A stretch of DNA of 64,000 bases, taken from the NCBI GenBank assembly GCA_951406725.2, contig OX597826.1, positions 32,922,001 to 32,986,000 on the forward strand. The letters run 5' to 3'. Position numbers and translations under genes: made by a program. The first letter of the stretch is position 1. Each line of letters starts with the position of its first letter. Under the pieces are notes generated by a model. The model searched no databases and was not told the origin of the DNA. It saw only the letters and a list, made by a program, of their open reading frames with translations. This DNA is from Octopus vulgaris. Taxonomy: Eukaryota. Of this stretch, positions 39,883 to 53,597 are shown piece by piece.

Positions 39883-40809
39883 TGTGTGTATACATATAAA
39901 TACATTTTATATTTCATATCTAAGCTGTTATATTTAATTTATTTATCTGTATAATTGCTTCCATGTCGGCTCATCTGGATTCCTCTTAAAGCCATTCTCT
40001 ATCTCACAGAATTGGTCCCTTGTATAGACATCGGGGTCTAAGTTTGAATCATTTGAGCACTAATAAGTGTTTTTTCTTCCAAGAGCGTCTGGACCTCATC
40101 TCTTCACTACACAAATTATACAAAATACAAAAGACAAAGACAGACCAGTGAAGGAACAAGAAGCAGGGTGTATTAGTTTGTGCTCAGGAAAAACGGAAGG
40201 AGTCCGTGGCATTTCAAACCTACGCTTTTCTATGGAAAGGAATGAGGGGAGAAAACAGAGGGAGAGAGCAAAATTAAATGGAGAGAAAAAGGCAATATGT
40301 GTATATGTGTGTGTGTGTGGGGGGGGGGGTGCATGTTTACAAGTGTATGTCTTTGAGTCTGTGATTGTTTCCCCCACACTGTTTGACAACTGGTGTTAAT
40401 TTGTTTATGCCCCTGTAAATGTAACTTAGCATTTTGGCAAAAAGAGCTTGCTAGAATAAATACCAGAATTAATAAAAAAACAACTTCTGGGGTTGATTTG
40501 TTCCACAACAAACTCTTCAAGGCAGTGCTCCAGCATGGCTGATTTCCAATGATTGAAACAAATAACCAAATAAAAGAAAATACTGCCCATATGTTTGTCT
40601 AACGAATGTACAATGCCAATGTATTTGGGTCTACGATGAGAAGTAAATGCTAAAATATCTCTTGAATTCTTTCCAAAAGCTAAGTTAAATCAAAACTGAT
40701 ATTTTTCTGAAGGACAAAATATAAAAAATGCAATTCAGAATTTTATCACACACATTACTAAAAGTTTTATTTCAAATTAATATAAAAAATGACAATGTCA
40801 GCAGCAGCT

Positions 40810-40840
<31 letters not shown>

Positions 40841-42219
40841 GATCTGCAGCTCCATCTAGATCAAACAAAATGCTATCAACAATAAAAGCTTCCCACCCTG
40901 ACCAAGACATAATAATGATGATGACGATGATGATGATGATGATGATGAAATTTGTGATGGTGATGGTGATGATGATAATGGTGGTGGTAATGATGATGAT
41001 AATGATGACGATGATGATGAAGATGACAAAGATGATTATGAGAAAGATGATGAGGACAATGATGATAATGACGACATTGATGATGATGATGATGATGATG
41101 ATGACAACAATATTGATGACGACGATGATGATGACGATGTTGATGATGAGGAGGGGGAGAAGGAGGAGGAGGAAGAGGATAACTGATAATGGCAATAATT
41201 ATAAATAAACAAATAAAGTCAGAAAAAAGCAATTTTCTTTTTCCCCATCCACCAAATCTATTTATATTTTCAAATCAAAAACAAAAAAAACAACAAAAAG
41301 AAGGAAATTATTTAAACTAATGACAATAAAATACTTTTGAATCATATATTTTATTTATTATTTGATTTTGTTTTGTTTTTTTTACCAAATATATTTCTCT
41401 ATAAATATTTCTTCAACTTACCGTTGCTAGAAAACTTTGATTCCTTTCATTAAAGTTATATTCTTCATGTCGTGGGTGATTTTTAAAAATTATTTTTATT
41501 ATCTTTTTACCAACGAAATTAAATAATTAAAAAAAGTTCCTTTAATTTATTATCACTTTGTTTTAATATGATTTTTTTTTCTTTTCTTTTATATTCCAAT
41601 TAATATTCATGTCACTTTTATTTAATAATTAAATTTCTGTCATTATCGAAACTACTGCACTTAAAAGACACTTCCACTTTCACTGTGATTTATGAATTTA
41701 TTCATCAATGGAATACTACCTAAATTGGTAATACCATCTTCTTAATTTATCTCTGTGTTTCTCTCTAAACTGTGGCACATTCTTCTCCAATCGATATGAA
41801 AGATTTGAAATGAAAAAGACGAAGTGCATAAAGTAAATTAGAAAGAACGAAATTAAAAAATGAAAAAAATTAACAACACAAAATACAAAGCAACAATAAT
41901 AAAGGCAAGAACTACCCCATCTCAACTCCACCCCAGTAAATGTTATTTAATTATAGAATTTGGAATTGGTAAATTCTTTATTTGTGCTTTCTCATCAAAG
42001 ACAATAAATGGATTTATAAATGATCTTATTATTTAAAATATTCAGTAGAAATTTTCATGGTGGAAACATGTGTAAATTATGTGTGTGTGTGTGTGTGTGT
42101 GTGCATGCATATGTTTGTGTGTGTGTGTGTATGTATGTATGTGTATATGTATGCATGCATATAAATATATACATATATACACACATGTCTATCTATTTAT
42201 TTGTCTATCTATCTCTCTT

Positions 42220-42250
<31 letters not shown>

Positions 42251-42371
42251 ATATATGTGTGTGTGTGTGCGTGCGCGTGTGTGCCTGTATTTGTCCTCCC
42301 ACTACCAATTCACAACCAGTGTTGTGTGCTTACATTCCTGTAACTTAGCAGTGATAGTCGAGGGATTACTG

Positions 42372-42407
<36 letters not shown>

Positions 42408-43070
42408 TATAAATGTGTGTGTGTGTGTATGTGTATATGTATATATATATATATATACATACAAATATATACATATATTTTATATATATATATCTATACA
42501 CATATATATTTGTATATACACATACATATATATTACCTTATACATTTAAATATTAATATGCTTAAAATGTATATCTTATATATTGGCACCATTCCACTCT
42601 ATTTATACACTCAAATTATTAGTCCCGTACCTTGTCTATGCTGTCACTTTTGCTCCAATTCAGAGAATATATTTCATATTAGAAAAAATGAAATATATTT
42701 TGGAAAATAAAGGTCATAATATTCCTTGTTAATGTAAATATAAATATTGTTTAAAGGAGAGAGGTCTGCTGTAAAACTGTGACACCAGAGATATTGTTTT
42801 ATATTTCCTGTTGAATGAAAAGGTTATTTTAGGAATTCCCAGCATTAGTTATCTCAATTAAGCCAATTTCTAACATTTGGAATATAAAACAAACATCCCG
42901 TAATTTACAGTAACATTTAAAACCATTAATATCTTAGTTTATTTATATAATTTGATGCATGTATACAAACATACATGCAAGCTTATATATTTGTGTATGT
43001 ATGTTTTTATGTATATCCTACCATCTGTCTGTCAGTCTGTAATGATCCAATTTGTTGAGGATGATAATAC

Positions 43071-43204
43071 TGTTACGACTGGGGGGTCGTATAGTGCCGG
43101 ATAGAGCCATTTTATCGACGACTTTGGAATATACCAATATCTGTCAGAGTGACAACCGTCATTAAAAGACAGATTCAACAGTAGCAAAAGACTGCTTTAC
43201 AACA
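43071..43204 (+). mobile_element. Possible short solo LTR
   Basis: TGTT...AACA termini, an internal ATTAAA, an imperfect 4-bp TSD (ATAC/CTAC), and CpG-richer than its flanks. Confidence 0.3.
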
Positions 43205-43254
43205 CTACCTTTGTCTGTCTGTATATCACTCTCTCTCTCTCACTTTCTCTGTCT

Positions 43255-43286
<32 letters not shown>

Positions 43287-43478
43287 TTATCTATCTATCT
43301 CTATCTACTTATTTATTTGTCCATCTGTCCATCTGCACACACACATGTGTGTGTGTGTGTGTCTATATACTCAAGAAGTTTGGTTGCTAGCCTTGTACTG
43401 GCTCAGGAAGGAAGTTTGCTTAGGGGATGCAAACCCATGTCCAAAAATTTTTTACAAACAAGGACTCATTATTTTTTT

Positions 43479-43850
43479 TTATTACCTCCACCTTAGCGAA
43501 GGTGGAGGTATTGTTTACAGTCATGTTTTTTTTTGTTTGTATGTCTGTTAACAAGATATCTCAAGAACCGCTGGATGGATTCAGATGAAACTTTCAGATA
43601 TGTTTGGCCTTATGACTGATACAAACTGATTAGATTTTGGGATTGATCTGGTGCCAGACAAGAATTTTGGATTATTTTTCCTGTTTTTTTGCTTAATTTT
43701 TGTGAGCAGTTGGGTTCATTTTTAGTATTCTCATTTGTGAGAATAGTTGAGTTTATTTCAGATATTCTCATTTTAAAAATCATCTCTGGCTAATCTTTGA
43801 GAGAAGGTTGATGTTACCTTGGCAAAGGATTGCTCTCCCTGAGTGCTCTT

Positions 43851-43854
<4 letters not shown>
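43479..43854 (+). mobile_element. Non-autonomous Helentron-associated (HINE/DINE-1-like) element
   Basis: T-rich ends, a 5' subTIR with adjacent inverted copy (ACCTCCACC..GGTGGAGGT), a GTTTGT microsatellite, a degenerate 3' subTIR (GGCAAAGGA) and a short terminal hairpin (GCTCTCCCTGAGTGC). Confidence 0.7.
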
Positions 43855-43924
<70 letters not shown>

Positions 43925-44390
43925 TTTGTTCTTTGAAATGGAAACCTAGCTTAGAGCTAATTTTTACAGATCACATTTTATGCTTTGTTTTCTAAACCTG
44001 AGAAAAGTAAGTATTGGTGAAAATTTTAATTTTGCATCCCACGAAAATTTCAAGAGGTGTGCTAGCACCCATGCACCCCCTGTTTCTGGGCCCATGTAGC
44101 CATGTGCCTTTTGGTTCACTCCATCCGCTGGCAACTTGACCAAATGTCTTCTGCTATGGCCTTGAGCTGACCAATTCCTTATAAATGGAATTGGTAAATG
44201 GTAACTGAAAGAACCTCATCATGTGTCTGTGTATGCTTCTATTTTCTTATATATATATATATATTGTTTATATTATAAGAATTTTATAAGCTTTCAAGAG
44301 AATAGAAAATAATTCTTTTTTGGAATAGAGGATCTCGAAAAACATAAAGCTTTAGATAACAGTATGTACATATTGGGTCAAGAGAACATG

Positions 44391-44433
<43 letters not shown>

Positions 44434-44667
44434 GATATAAGTGTGTAATGTATGTATATATGTGTACATCACACTTTCATAGTAAACTATGCTGAACAGA
44501 GAATTCCTATACAGGAATTAGAAACACAATTACGCAGGATGTGAATAGACACCATTCAAAGGGCTTGTTGTTTTCTTATCTCAAGTTAACATTTATATTT
44601 GTTAACAAATTACGATGATGGCACTGAAGACTCTCAAAATTCCCAGCAATTCTATTAAACATTGATT

Positions 44668-44863
44668 ACTTCCCAACCACATGGTACCAGGTTCAGTCCC
44701 ACTGCATGGTATCTTGGGCAAGTGTCTTCTACTATAGCCATGAGCCAACCAAAGCCTTATATGTGGATTTAGTAGATGGAAACTGAAAGAAGCCTATCAT
44801 ATATATATATATATATATTTTATATATACATACATATATATATATATCCGGTATATATATATG

Positions 44864-44913
<50 letters not shown>

Positions 44914-45446
44914 CGTACTGGTGTAAAAAGCACCATCCAAATGTGACTGATGCCAGCACCACCTTGACTGGCATCCATGCCGGTGGCACATAAAAATAAA
45001 CCAACTAATCGTGGCCATTGCCAGACTTCTTTGGCCCCTGTGCCAGTGGTACGTAAAACGCACCCACTACACTCACGGAGTGGTTGGCATTAGGAAGGGC
45101 ATCCTGCTGTAGAAACACTGCCAGTTCAGATTGGAACCTGGTGCAGCTTCCTGGCTTCCCAGACCCTGGTCAAACCGTCAAACTCATGCTAGCATGGAAA
45201 CCGGATGTTAAACGATAATGATGATGATGACGTTTATGTGTCTGTGTATCTGTATTTGTCCTCTCATCATTGCTTGACAATTGATGTCGGTGTATTTATG
45301 TGCCCATAACTTAGTGGTTTGGCAAAGAGACTGATAGAATGAGTACTAGGCTTACAAAGAATAAGTCGCGGGGTCAATTTGTTTGAACAAAGGCAGTGCT
45401 CCAGCATGGCTGCAGCCAAATGGCTGAATCAAGTAAAAGAATAATA
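44668..45446 (+). mobile_element. SINE family A interrupted by a family C copy (44912-45231)
   Basis: The 5' half ends at the TA tract near 44800, and the 3' half resumes near 45235 after the (GAT)n tail of family C. Confidence 0.85.
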
Positions 45447-45699
45447 GGAATGTCATTTATGAAGATTTCATTTCTCTTAATTGGATACTGCTTTACCAAT
45501 GGCATTTTGTTTGCAGTGCCACATGGCCCATTGCCACAGGTGAGGCTGTGTAACTATCAAAGTCCGCTTAAAACCATTAGGAACATTATTTTTATATTCA
45601 TCTTGAGCTCTGTGACTCAAAGGGTTAGTTATCTGCTTTCCATAGTGTATATTTCTCTTGAACAGAATGCTGTTCTGTTGCAGAATTCAAGGTCATCAG

Positions 45700-45880
45700 T
45701 TTTGAGAGGAGGGGCACCAGTCAATTACATCAATCCCAGTATTTGTTTTTTTTTATTTTATTGACCCTAAAGAAATGAAAGGCAATGTTGACCTCAGTGG
45801 GATTTGAACTCACATCATAAAATCTGGAAAAAATACTAGGAATTTTGTCCAACATGCTGATGACTCTGCCAGTTCACTGC
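45700..45880 (-). mobile_element. SINE family B, degenerate
   Basis: Family B core motifs present. Confidence 0.75.
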
Positions 45881-47318
45881 CATCATTGGGAAAACAGATG
45901 AAGTGAAATTACCTCAACCGGGAATGAAACCAGGTCAGAGACTCAGTTGACCAGGAACTTGGTTTCCAGTCACTTAGTCACTGTGAACTCTATTTCTTGG
46001 TATTGACATCTTTCCTCTGTATATTATCTTTAATTTATCTTTAAAAATCCATCAAAGAAATGTAATTTAATTCCAACTTTGATCATATTCAGACTCAGAA
46101 ACCGAAAGCTCTTGAAATTCCTGATCAGATATCCAATTACAGTTATGCACTTGCTTCTAATCTCACACCCAATTTCCATGTCACTAAGATTATTACATGA
46201 ATGCTGGAATGAATCAAAAATTTCAAAGAAGGACAGAGTAGAAGAATAAAATAAATAAATATATTAATAAATAAATAAATGATTTCCCGTTTCACAAATA
46301 GGGAAAAATTAGGCGTGAATTAGTTTGAAGGAAACTTGTTATTTTATTTCTAAACAGAATTGTCATAAGTTGTTTTGTTTTGGTTATGAAATATTAGAAA
46401 ACAAAGGAATTTGAGGTGTTTAGCTTATGGCTTGGACAATAACTTATTTAACTGGCATTATTTAGATTGTATTAAACTTCTGTAAAAAAATAATTTAGAT
46501 TTTGTTGTTTTTTTATTATCACTTTATTGAAATCATATTGGTATAACGAATCACAAAATCATTCGTTGATTATCTGTAATCTTTCTGTGATCAACTTCAG
46601 ATGAAATTTTCTGAGAAAATATTTTAAAAAAAGGGGAATAATTAAGAAAAGGAAATTAACAATTAGAATTTTACAAACAAAAAAAAAAAAATACATAAAA
46701 AAATATTAATAATAAATTATAATGATAATAATAAATAAATAATTAAAAATAATAATGCAAGAACACAATTTCAGAGTAAAGTTGGAACAAATACCGAATT
46801 ACTGAAATCTTTGAATGCTATTTATTAAGTAATCTTAATCAGAAATGAAATTTTCATTTCCAACAAAATTGAGATTTGAAAAATAAAATAAATTAAGATA
46901 AAATAAAATACAATAAAATATAAACAATAAAGAAATAGACAAAAATAGTGTTATGCAGTTAGAGTAATCAGAAAGTACTGGAAGAAATAGTGAGAAAAAT
47001 ATTAAATAATGTATTTTTAATTTTCTTAGAATTCAAAAGTAATTTTTATAAACCTTTTTTGCATTTATATTTACATGTTCTTTGATTAGTATTGTATTTT
47101 TTATTATTTTTTTTCTAAAATTGTATCGTAGTATAATTTTTAATTTTATCTTCAATATTTTCCAAATTTGGAAAAAAGAAACAAGGATCTTCGTTACCAT
47201 TATTAACAGGAATATTAGTAACAGAAGCAAATAAATATTTGCTAAGCTGATTTTCTTTCTTTATTTATTGTTTTTGTTACTGCATTCTATAATCGATTTT
47301 GTGTGCATGTGTGTATAA

Positions 47319-47374
<56 letters not shown>

Positions 47375-47638
47375 AGTTCGCTTGAAGTATATAAAAAGTC
47401 TGTAAACAGAAACTAATTGTGAATTGTGAGTCTAATCCCATCTGCCCCTAAAAAGTTTTTTGTGTGAAATTTGAAATATTTTGATGTGACGAAAATATAG
47501 ATTTACATACACACACATGAACCCTTCTCTATATTTATGAAGACATACAAATACATAAATATGTGAGTACATTACATACATACATACATACATACATATG
47601 TATATATGTATACACAGACCTGCTCACATACATATATT

Positions 47639-47680
<42 letters not shown>

Positions 47681-48644
47681 TATGCATTTTGTGTACAAAA
47701 TAAATTGATGCATATACATTTATACTCATAAATAAACATATAAAACACACACACACATACACACACATATATTTTCTAAACAATGTGAAACTGAAAATAT
47801 ACATGTGTGTGTATGTGTGTGAGAGAGAGTGTGTTTGTGTGTGTGTGTGTGTGAATTGGTCTCAAGATGAACAAATAAATATACATGTATATAGCCCTAT
47901 ACATATACTTGAACACAAACACATATGCTTATATTCATACACACTCATAAATTTACTCACACACATTGATACAGACACAAGCACCTGCTCTCCAATAAAT
48001 ATTTTGTAACTTTTGAGTGTCTTTTTACTTGTTAAAAATAAAATATAGAAATTTATTTTTTTTCTGTTTTGTTTAATTTTTAATCATTTAATGTTTTATA
48101 TCAATCTTCTTTATTTGCAGATTAAAATAAATCTTCTTAGCAGATGGAACTATTATTGGTATGCCTGTGAGAGATAATTTGCTATAGGATATGTGTTGTC
48201 ACTAAAGGTAGGCATAATTTTACTGTTGATAATAACTCATCTCAGACAGCAAGCTAGCAGGATCGTCAGCTCTCTGGGCAAAATACTTGGTGGTATCTCA
48301 TTTGTGTTTACATTTTAATTTTTGTTTTGTTCTTTCAGGGTCGATAAAAAAAGTACAATTGTTGGTCATCTGTCAAAATTTGAAACCAGCAATAATTCAA
48401 TTTGTTTAGTTTCAAGGCTGGTTGTTTAACTGGGATTCTGGGTCTTTGGTTAAGGGTAAAACAATGTATATTTTGTCAATGGTCAACCGCTAGTGACTGA
48501 AAATTTCTAGAAGCCAGACAGAAAGAAACCTTATTGGATGATGGGCCAATTTTAAGGGCACATGGACTTCAGTGCTATAGTAAGCAAGTGGGCCACCACT
48601 TTCATTGTAATTTATAATGAAATTATATTATTTATGGGTGGGTT

Positions 48645-48816
48645 AAGATGGTGAGCTGGCAGAATTGGTAGCACGCTGGCGAAAATACTTATTAGTGTTT
48701 TGTCTGTCCTTATGTTCTGAGTTCAGATTCCACCAAGGGCGACTTTGCCTCTCATCCTTTTGGGATCAATAATTTAAGTACCAAAATTTCAGGTCTTGTG
48801 TCTATAGTAGAAAGGA
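48645..48816 (+). mobile_element. SINE family B with TSD
   Basis: Flanked by ATTATTTATGGGTGGGTT and ATTATTTAGGGGTGGGTT. Confidence 0.8.
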
Positions 48817-49664
48817 TTATTTAGGGGTGGGTTCTTGTACCTCCTTGAAGTTCTTTCTACATTTCTTAGCCCATGCTTGACAAAAAGTGTCCTTTACCCA
48901 TGTGACCTCACAATTAAAACATTAAGGGCACATTCAAAAAATATCAATTTTCATAAGAAATAGTTAAAGGTTCAACAAAACATTTCTCACCTGGTTTACA
49001 ATGATAGTGACCCTAAATAAAGCACAGTGTGAGCATATCAACAGATGAATTCCATAAATATGAGACATGTATAATCAGTGATGGACTGGGTCTAAAAATA
49101 TTGGTTGCCAGGAGATTAAGGAGGCCCACCCACAACTACAATGCTAACATTTAATTTTCTTTTTTGTTTTTTTGTTAAAAGTATTCTTTTCAACTGTGAC
49201 ATTTAAAACTGGTTAAATTGAAAACCCATAATGCTTTTGATTTGATGAAAGTTCTGTGATCATGGCTTTTACTTTCACTTTTGTAGTTGCATTTACTTTT
49301 AATGATATTAAAAAAAACATGTTTTCAAAGTTATGTCAAGCTCCAGACATGCGTCTGCATTGGATTTAGCCAAAGCTATCCTTAGAAATGGTGACAATAC
49401 CAGAAATGTTGTAAAATAGACATTTGAATTTGTGAAAAATCTTGACATAACAGAACAAAATGGATTTCATTTTTGAAATTACAAAGAAGCATGTCTCCAA
49501 CAGCAGACAACAAAGGCCATGTTTCCCAGTGTAGTGTCACTGATTAGACAAAGACGACATGATGGTCATGTTTGGAATGCCTATCGTTCTAGCTGTATTT
49601 GATCACAGGAGACCTGGGGCTAAACAGCAACACACACACATAGATATGCCACTTAGACATACAT

Positions 49665-49860
49665 AAGGTGGCGAGCTGGCAGAATTGTTAGCATGCCGGG
49701 TGAAATGCTCAGAGTTCAAATTCTGTCGAGGTCAACTTTGCCTTTCATCCTTTTGGAGTCGATTAAATAAGTACCAGTCACGCACTGGGGTCAAAGTAAT
49801 CGACTTAATCCCTTTGTTTTTCCCCTCTGTGTTTAGCCCCCTGTGAGCTATAAAGAAATA
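49665..49860 (+). mobile_element. SINE family B
   Basis: AAGGTGGCGAGCTGGCAGAA...TAAAGAAATA. Confidence 0.85.
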
Positions 49861-50375
49861 TATACCACTAAAGACATGTACTATAAGGAAGAGACATATA
49901 CAGCACTAGCAAATGCTAGTTAAAAACACACACACATCCATATACCACTTACACACACATCACGTGAATACAGGATAGACAACAGCATCAACATACATGA
50001 ACACATATATACACTTCTTAAACATGCACTGTCTGTGCATGTGCTCAAATAATGACTTTACAGGCAAAGTACGAGTATCAATCGTTATTAATTATCGACC
50101 AATAACAGTATCAAGTTTAAAGCAGATAAAACCTAACTGACCAATCAGCTTTAATTTCGTGATATGGTTTGTGACAACGGAAATTGTTTTGCATGTAAAG
50201 AGAGTCTTGATGCTTATCAGAACCATGTGACTGTGGTCACGGAGTATTTGGTAGTGTTTTATTAACAGAAGTAAACTGGTCATAAGTCATTGTAGAATAA
50301 GGATGTGACAAAACAATAAGTGTGTATATGCTGTGTGTGTGTGTGTGTGTGTGTGTATGTATATATGTATATATG

Positions 50376-50411
<36 letters not shown>

Positions 50412-50414
50412 CAC

Positions 50415-50448
<34 letters not shown>

Positions 50449-50451
50449 GTG

Positions 50452-50502
<51 letters not shown>

Positions 50503-50570
50503 ATGTGTGTGTATACATATTTACAGACAGAGAAAGAGAGGGGATTTGCACATGTGGGTGTGTTGCTATA

Positions 50571-50975
50571 GGTGCAGGTATGGCAGTGTAGTAAGAAGCT
50601 TACTTCCCAAACCACAAGTTCCAGGTTCAGTCCTACTCAGTGCCACGTTAAGCAAGTGTCTCCTGTCATTGCTGTGGCTGGCCTTGTGAGTGGATTTGCT
50701 TCACAGAAGCTGAAAGAAGCCCATCATTTACATATATATACATCTATGTGTGTACGTCTTTGTGTCTTTGTATCTTTGTTTGTTCCTCATCACCACTTAA
50801 CTGGTGTTGGTGTGTTTATGTCCAATCAACTTAGTGGTTTGGCAAAAGAGACTGATAAAACAAATAGCAGACTTCAAAGAAAAAGTACTGAGGTTAATTC
50901 CTTCTTCTAAAACTCTTCAAGGTAATGCCCCAGCATGGCCACAATCTAATGTCTGAAACAAATAAATGATAAAAA
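50571..50975 (+). mobile_element. SINE family A, older diverged copy
   Basis: Colinear with many substitutions. Confidence 0.8.
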
Positions 50976-52982
50976 ATATATAGTGTGTGTGTATGCATGT
51001 GTATATAACATACATATATATATAGGGAGAATTCACAAAAAAAAACAAAAGACGAAGACAGGTGGTGTTAATGGTGGTGGAGGTAGTGGTGGTGGTGTTG
51101 TGGTAGTGGTAATAGTGGTTGTAGTTGCAGTGGTAGTATCAGAAGATATATTGCTGGTGATAGTGGTAGTGGTGGTGGTATTAGCAGTGTTGGTGGTAGT
51201 CATGGTAGAGTTGTCTTGGCAGTGGCGTTAAATGAGTTATTGCAAATGAAAGTGGTAGTGGTGGGGACGTTATAACGATGATGGTGTTTGAAGTGTTGGT
51301 GATTGTGGTGGTGTGTGGGTAGGGATGCTCGTAGTTGTGTAGGTGGTAGTTTACAAGGGTGTTGGTGTTGAGAATTGTAGAGGTGACGGTAGTATTAGTA
51401 GTAGCGGTAGTAGTGTTAGTGGTGGTGGTAGTATAAGCAATATTAGAGGTAAGGGTGGTATTTTGCAGTGTTGGTGATTGTAAGAGTAGTATGGGAGGTA
51501 GTGCTAGTGGTGGCTGACAGTTGTGCAGGTGTTGGTAGTGGTAAAGGTGATAGTAGTATAGAGTGGTGATGTTAGTAACAGAAGGGTGTTGGTGGTAGTG
51601 CTTGTAGTGGTGGTGGTGGTGGTTGTTGTGGGGGTGCTAGTATCAATGATGGTTTTCATGATAGTGATAGTGGTGTAGGTGATGGGGGTAATAGAGGTGA
51701 CGGAGTGGGGTGCATTAGTGGCGTAGGTGGCGTTAGGGGTGGGAGTGGTGTTAGTGGTAGTAATGGTGCTAACGTTGGGGTGATAGTGTTAGCATCGCAG
51801 TTAGCAACAGTGGTTGTGGTCATGCTGTTTGTGTACTTAATGTAATTATTTGTTGTTGTTGGTGCTGTTGTTGCTGCTGTTCTTGTTGTTGTTGTTTGTT
51901 TGATCTGGCTGTGGAATTGCGGACATGAAACTAACAGAGATAACAATCTCTGTTGGAGGAGATTCAATGAACTGGAAATATTATGGTTGATGATGTTATC
52001 AGCAGTAGGGGGGGGGGTAATGCTGTGTGTGTGTGATGGGTGACAGGGTGGTAGAGGAGAAGGAGGAGGACGAGAGCAAGTAAGAGAGAGAGAGAGAGGT
52101 GAGGAAGAGAGATATCTAAGGTATCGATGTGTACTGACAAAGAATGGCATATGGAGTTGGGGTGGACAGGAGGTGGGGGAAGGAGGTGGTGGTAGGGGTG
52201 TAATGGGAGGGAGGTGGTCGGTGGGGCTGGCAGATGATAATCACTGAGGTATTTTAATGGTGAGGATGCTGTGTCAAAAATGATGACGGTGACAATGATG
52301 ACAATGACGACGATGACATCGGGGATGACGACGACGACGATGAAGATTGTTATGACAAGGATGAATATGCTGATGGCAATGATTGTAAAGATGATGATGA
52401 TGAGGAGGAGGAGGAGGAGGAGGTGGAGGAGGAGGAGGAGAAGGAGAAGGAGGAGGGAAAATAACAAGGACAACAGCGACAACATCGATGGCGACAATGA
52501 CAAAATTTAAGATGACAATGACAGTGATGATGAGAATGGTGATGAGAATGATGACGATGAAGATGATGATGACAATGTTAATGATGACAACAAAGATTAT
52601 AGGTCCCCATAATTCTACAGGCAGAATAAAAGTTTATATTTTCTATATTCATCGATATGATAGAAAAAAAAAGGAATGTGTAGCCCAGCTCTTAGGATGC
52701 TGAGCTGGCTTGTGACTATGAGATCGTGGGTTCAATTCCATTACAAGGCAGTACATTGTGACCTTGTGTAAGGCTCTCTACTTTACTTTGCTCCATCCTT
52801 CTCTGTTGGAAATCAGAACCAATCAACTTACTTTCAGTTCCCTTTACCTTCAATCTACCTTGATGGTCCCTAATCAGGGTCCATATAAGATTTTGTTGTT
52901 AAAGTTTATCTGCAATTAATTGTTTACACTTCTACAATGCACAAAATATTTTAGCGATTTTTTTTTATACAACAGCATATAA

Positions 52983-53383
52983 GGTGCAGGAATGGCTGTG
53001 TGGTAAGTAGTTTGCTAATGAACCACATGGTTCTGGGTTCAGTCCCACTGCGTGGCACCTTGGGCAGGAGTCTTCTACTATAGCCTCAGGCCGACCAAAG
53101 CCTTGTGAGTGGATTTGGTAGACGGAACCTGAAAGAAGCCCGTCGTATATATGTATATATATATGTATGTGTGTGTATATGTTTATGTGTCTGTGCTTGT
53201 CCCTCCACATCGCTTGACAACCGATGGTGGTGTGTTTACGTCCCCATAACTTAGTGGTTTGGCAAAAGAGACCAATAGAATAGGTACTAAGCTTCCAAAG
53301 AATAAGTCCTAGGGTCGATTTGCTCGACTAACGGCAGTGCTCCAGCATGGCCGCAGTCGAATGACTGAAACAAGTAAAAGAAT
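52983..53383 (+). mobile_element. SINE family A
   Basis: Colinear full-length copy, tail-to-tail with the following family B copy. Confidence 0.9.
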
Positions 53384-53394
53384 GGTTTCAAGTT

Positions 53395-53597
53395 TTTGAT
53401 AGGGACAGAAATTTCAGGTGAGTGGGCAAGTCGATTATATCAACCCCAGTGCTCAACTGGTACTTATTTTATCGACCTCAAAAGGGCTGAAAGGCAAAGT
53501 CAACCTTGGTGGAATTTGAACTCAGAAGATAAAGACAGACAAGATGTCACTGATCATTTTTCCTGGCATGCTAACGATTCTGCCAGCTCGTTACCTT
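53395..53597 (-). mobile_element. SINE family B
   Basis: Family B core motifs present. Confidence 0.82.

Noticed and set aside
40767-41232. Poly-Ala/Met-rich ORF (and a similar one at 52271-52703)
   Set aside because: These are (GCA)n, (GAT)n and (GAG)n microsatellite runs.
49278-49298. TTGTAGTTGCATT resembling part of miR-33
   Set aside because: The seed region does not match and there is no precursor hairpin.
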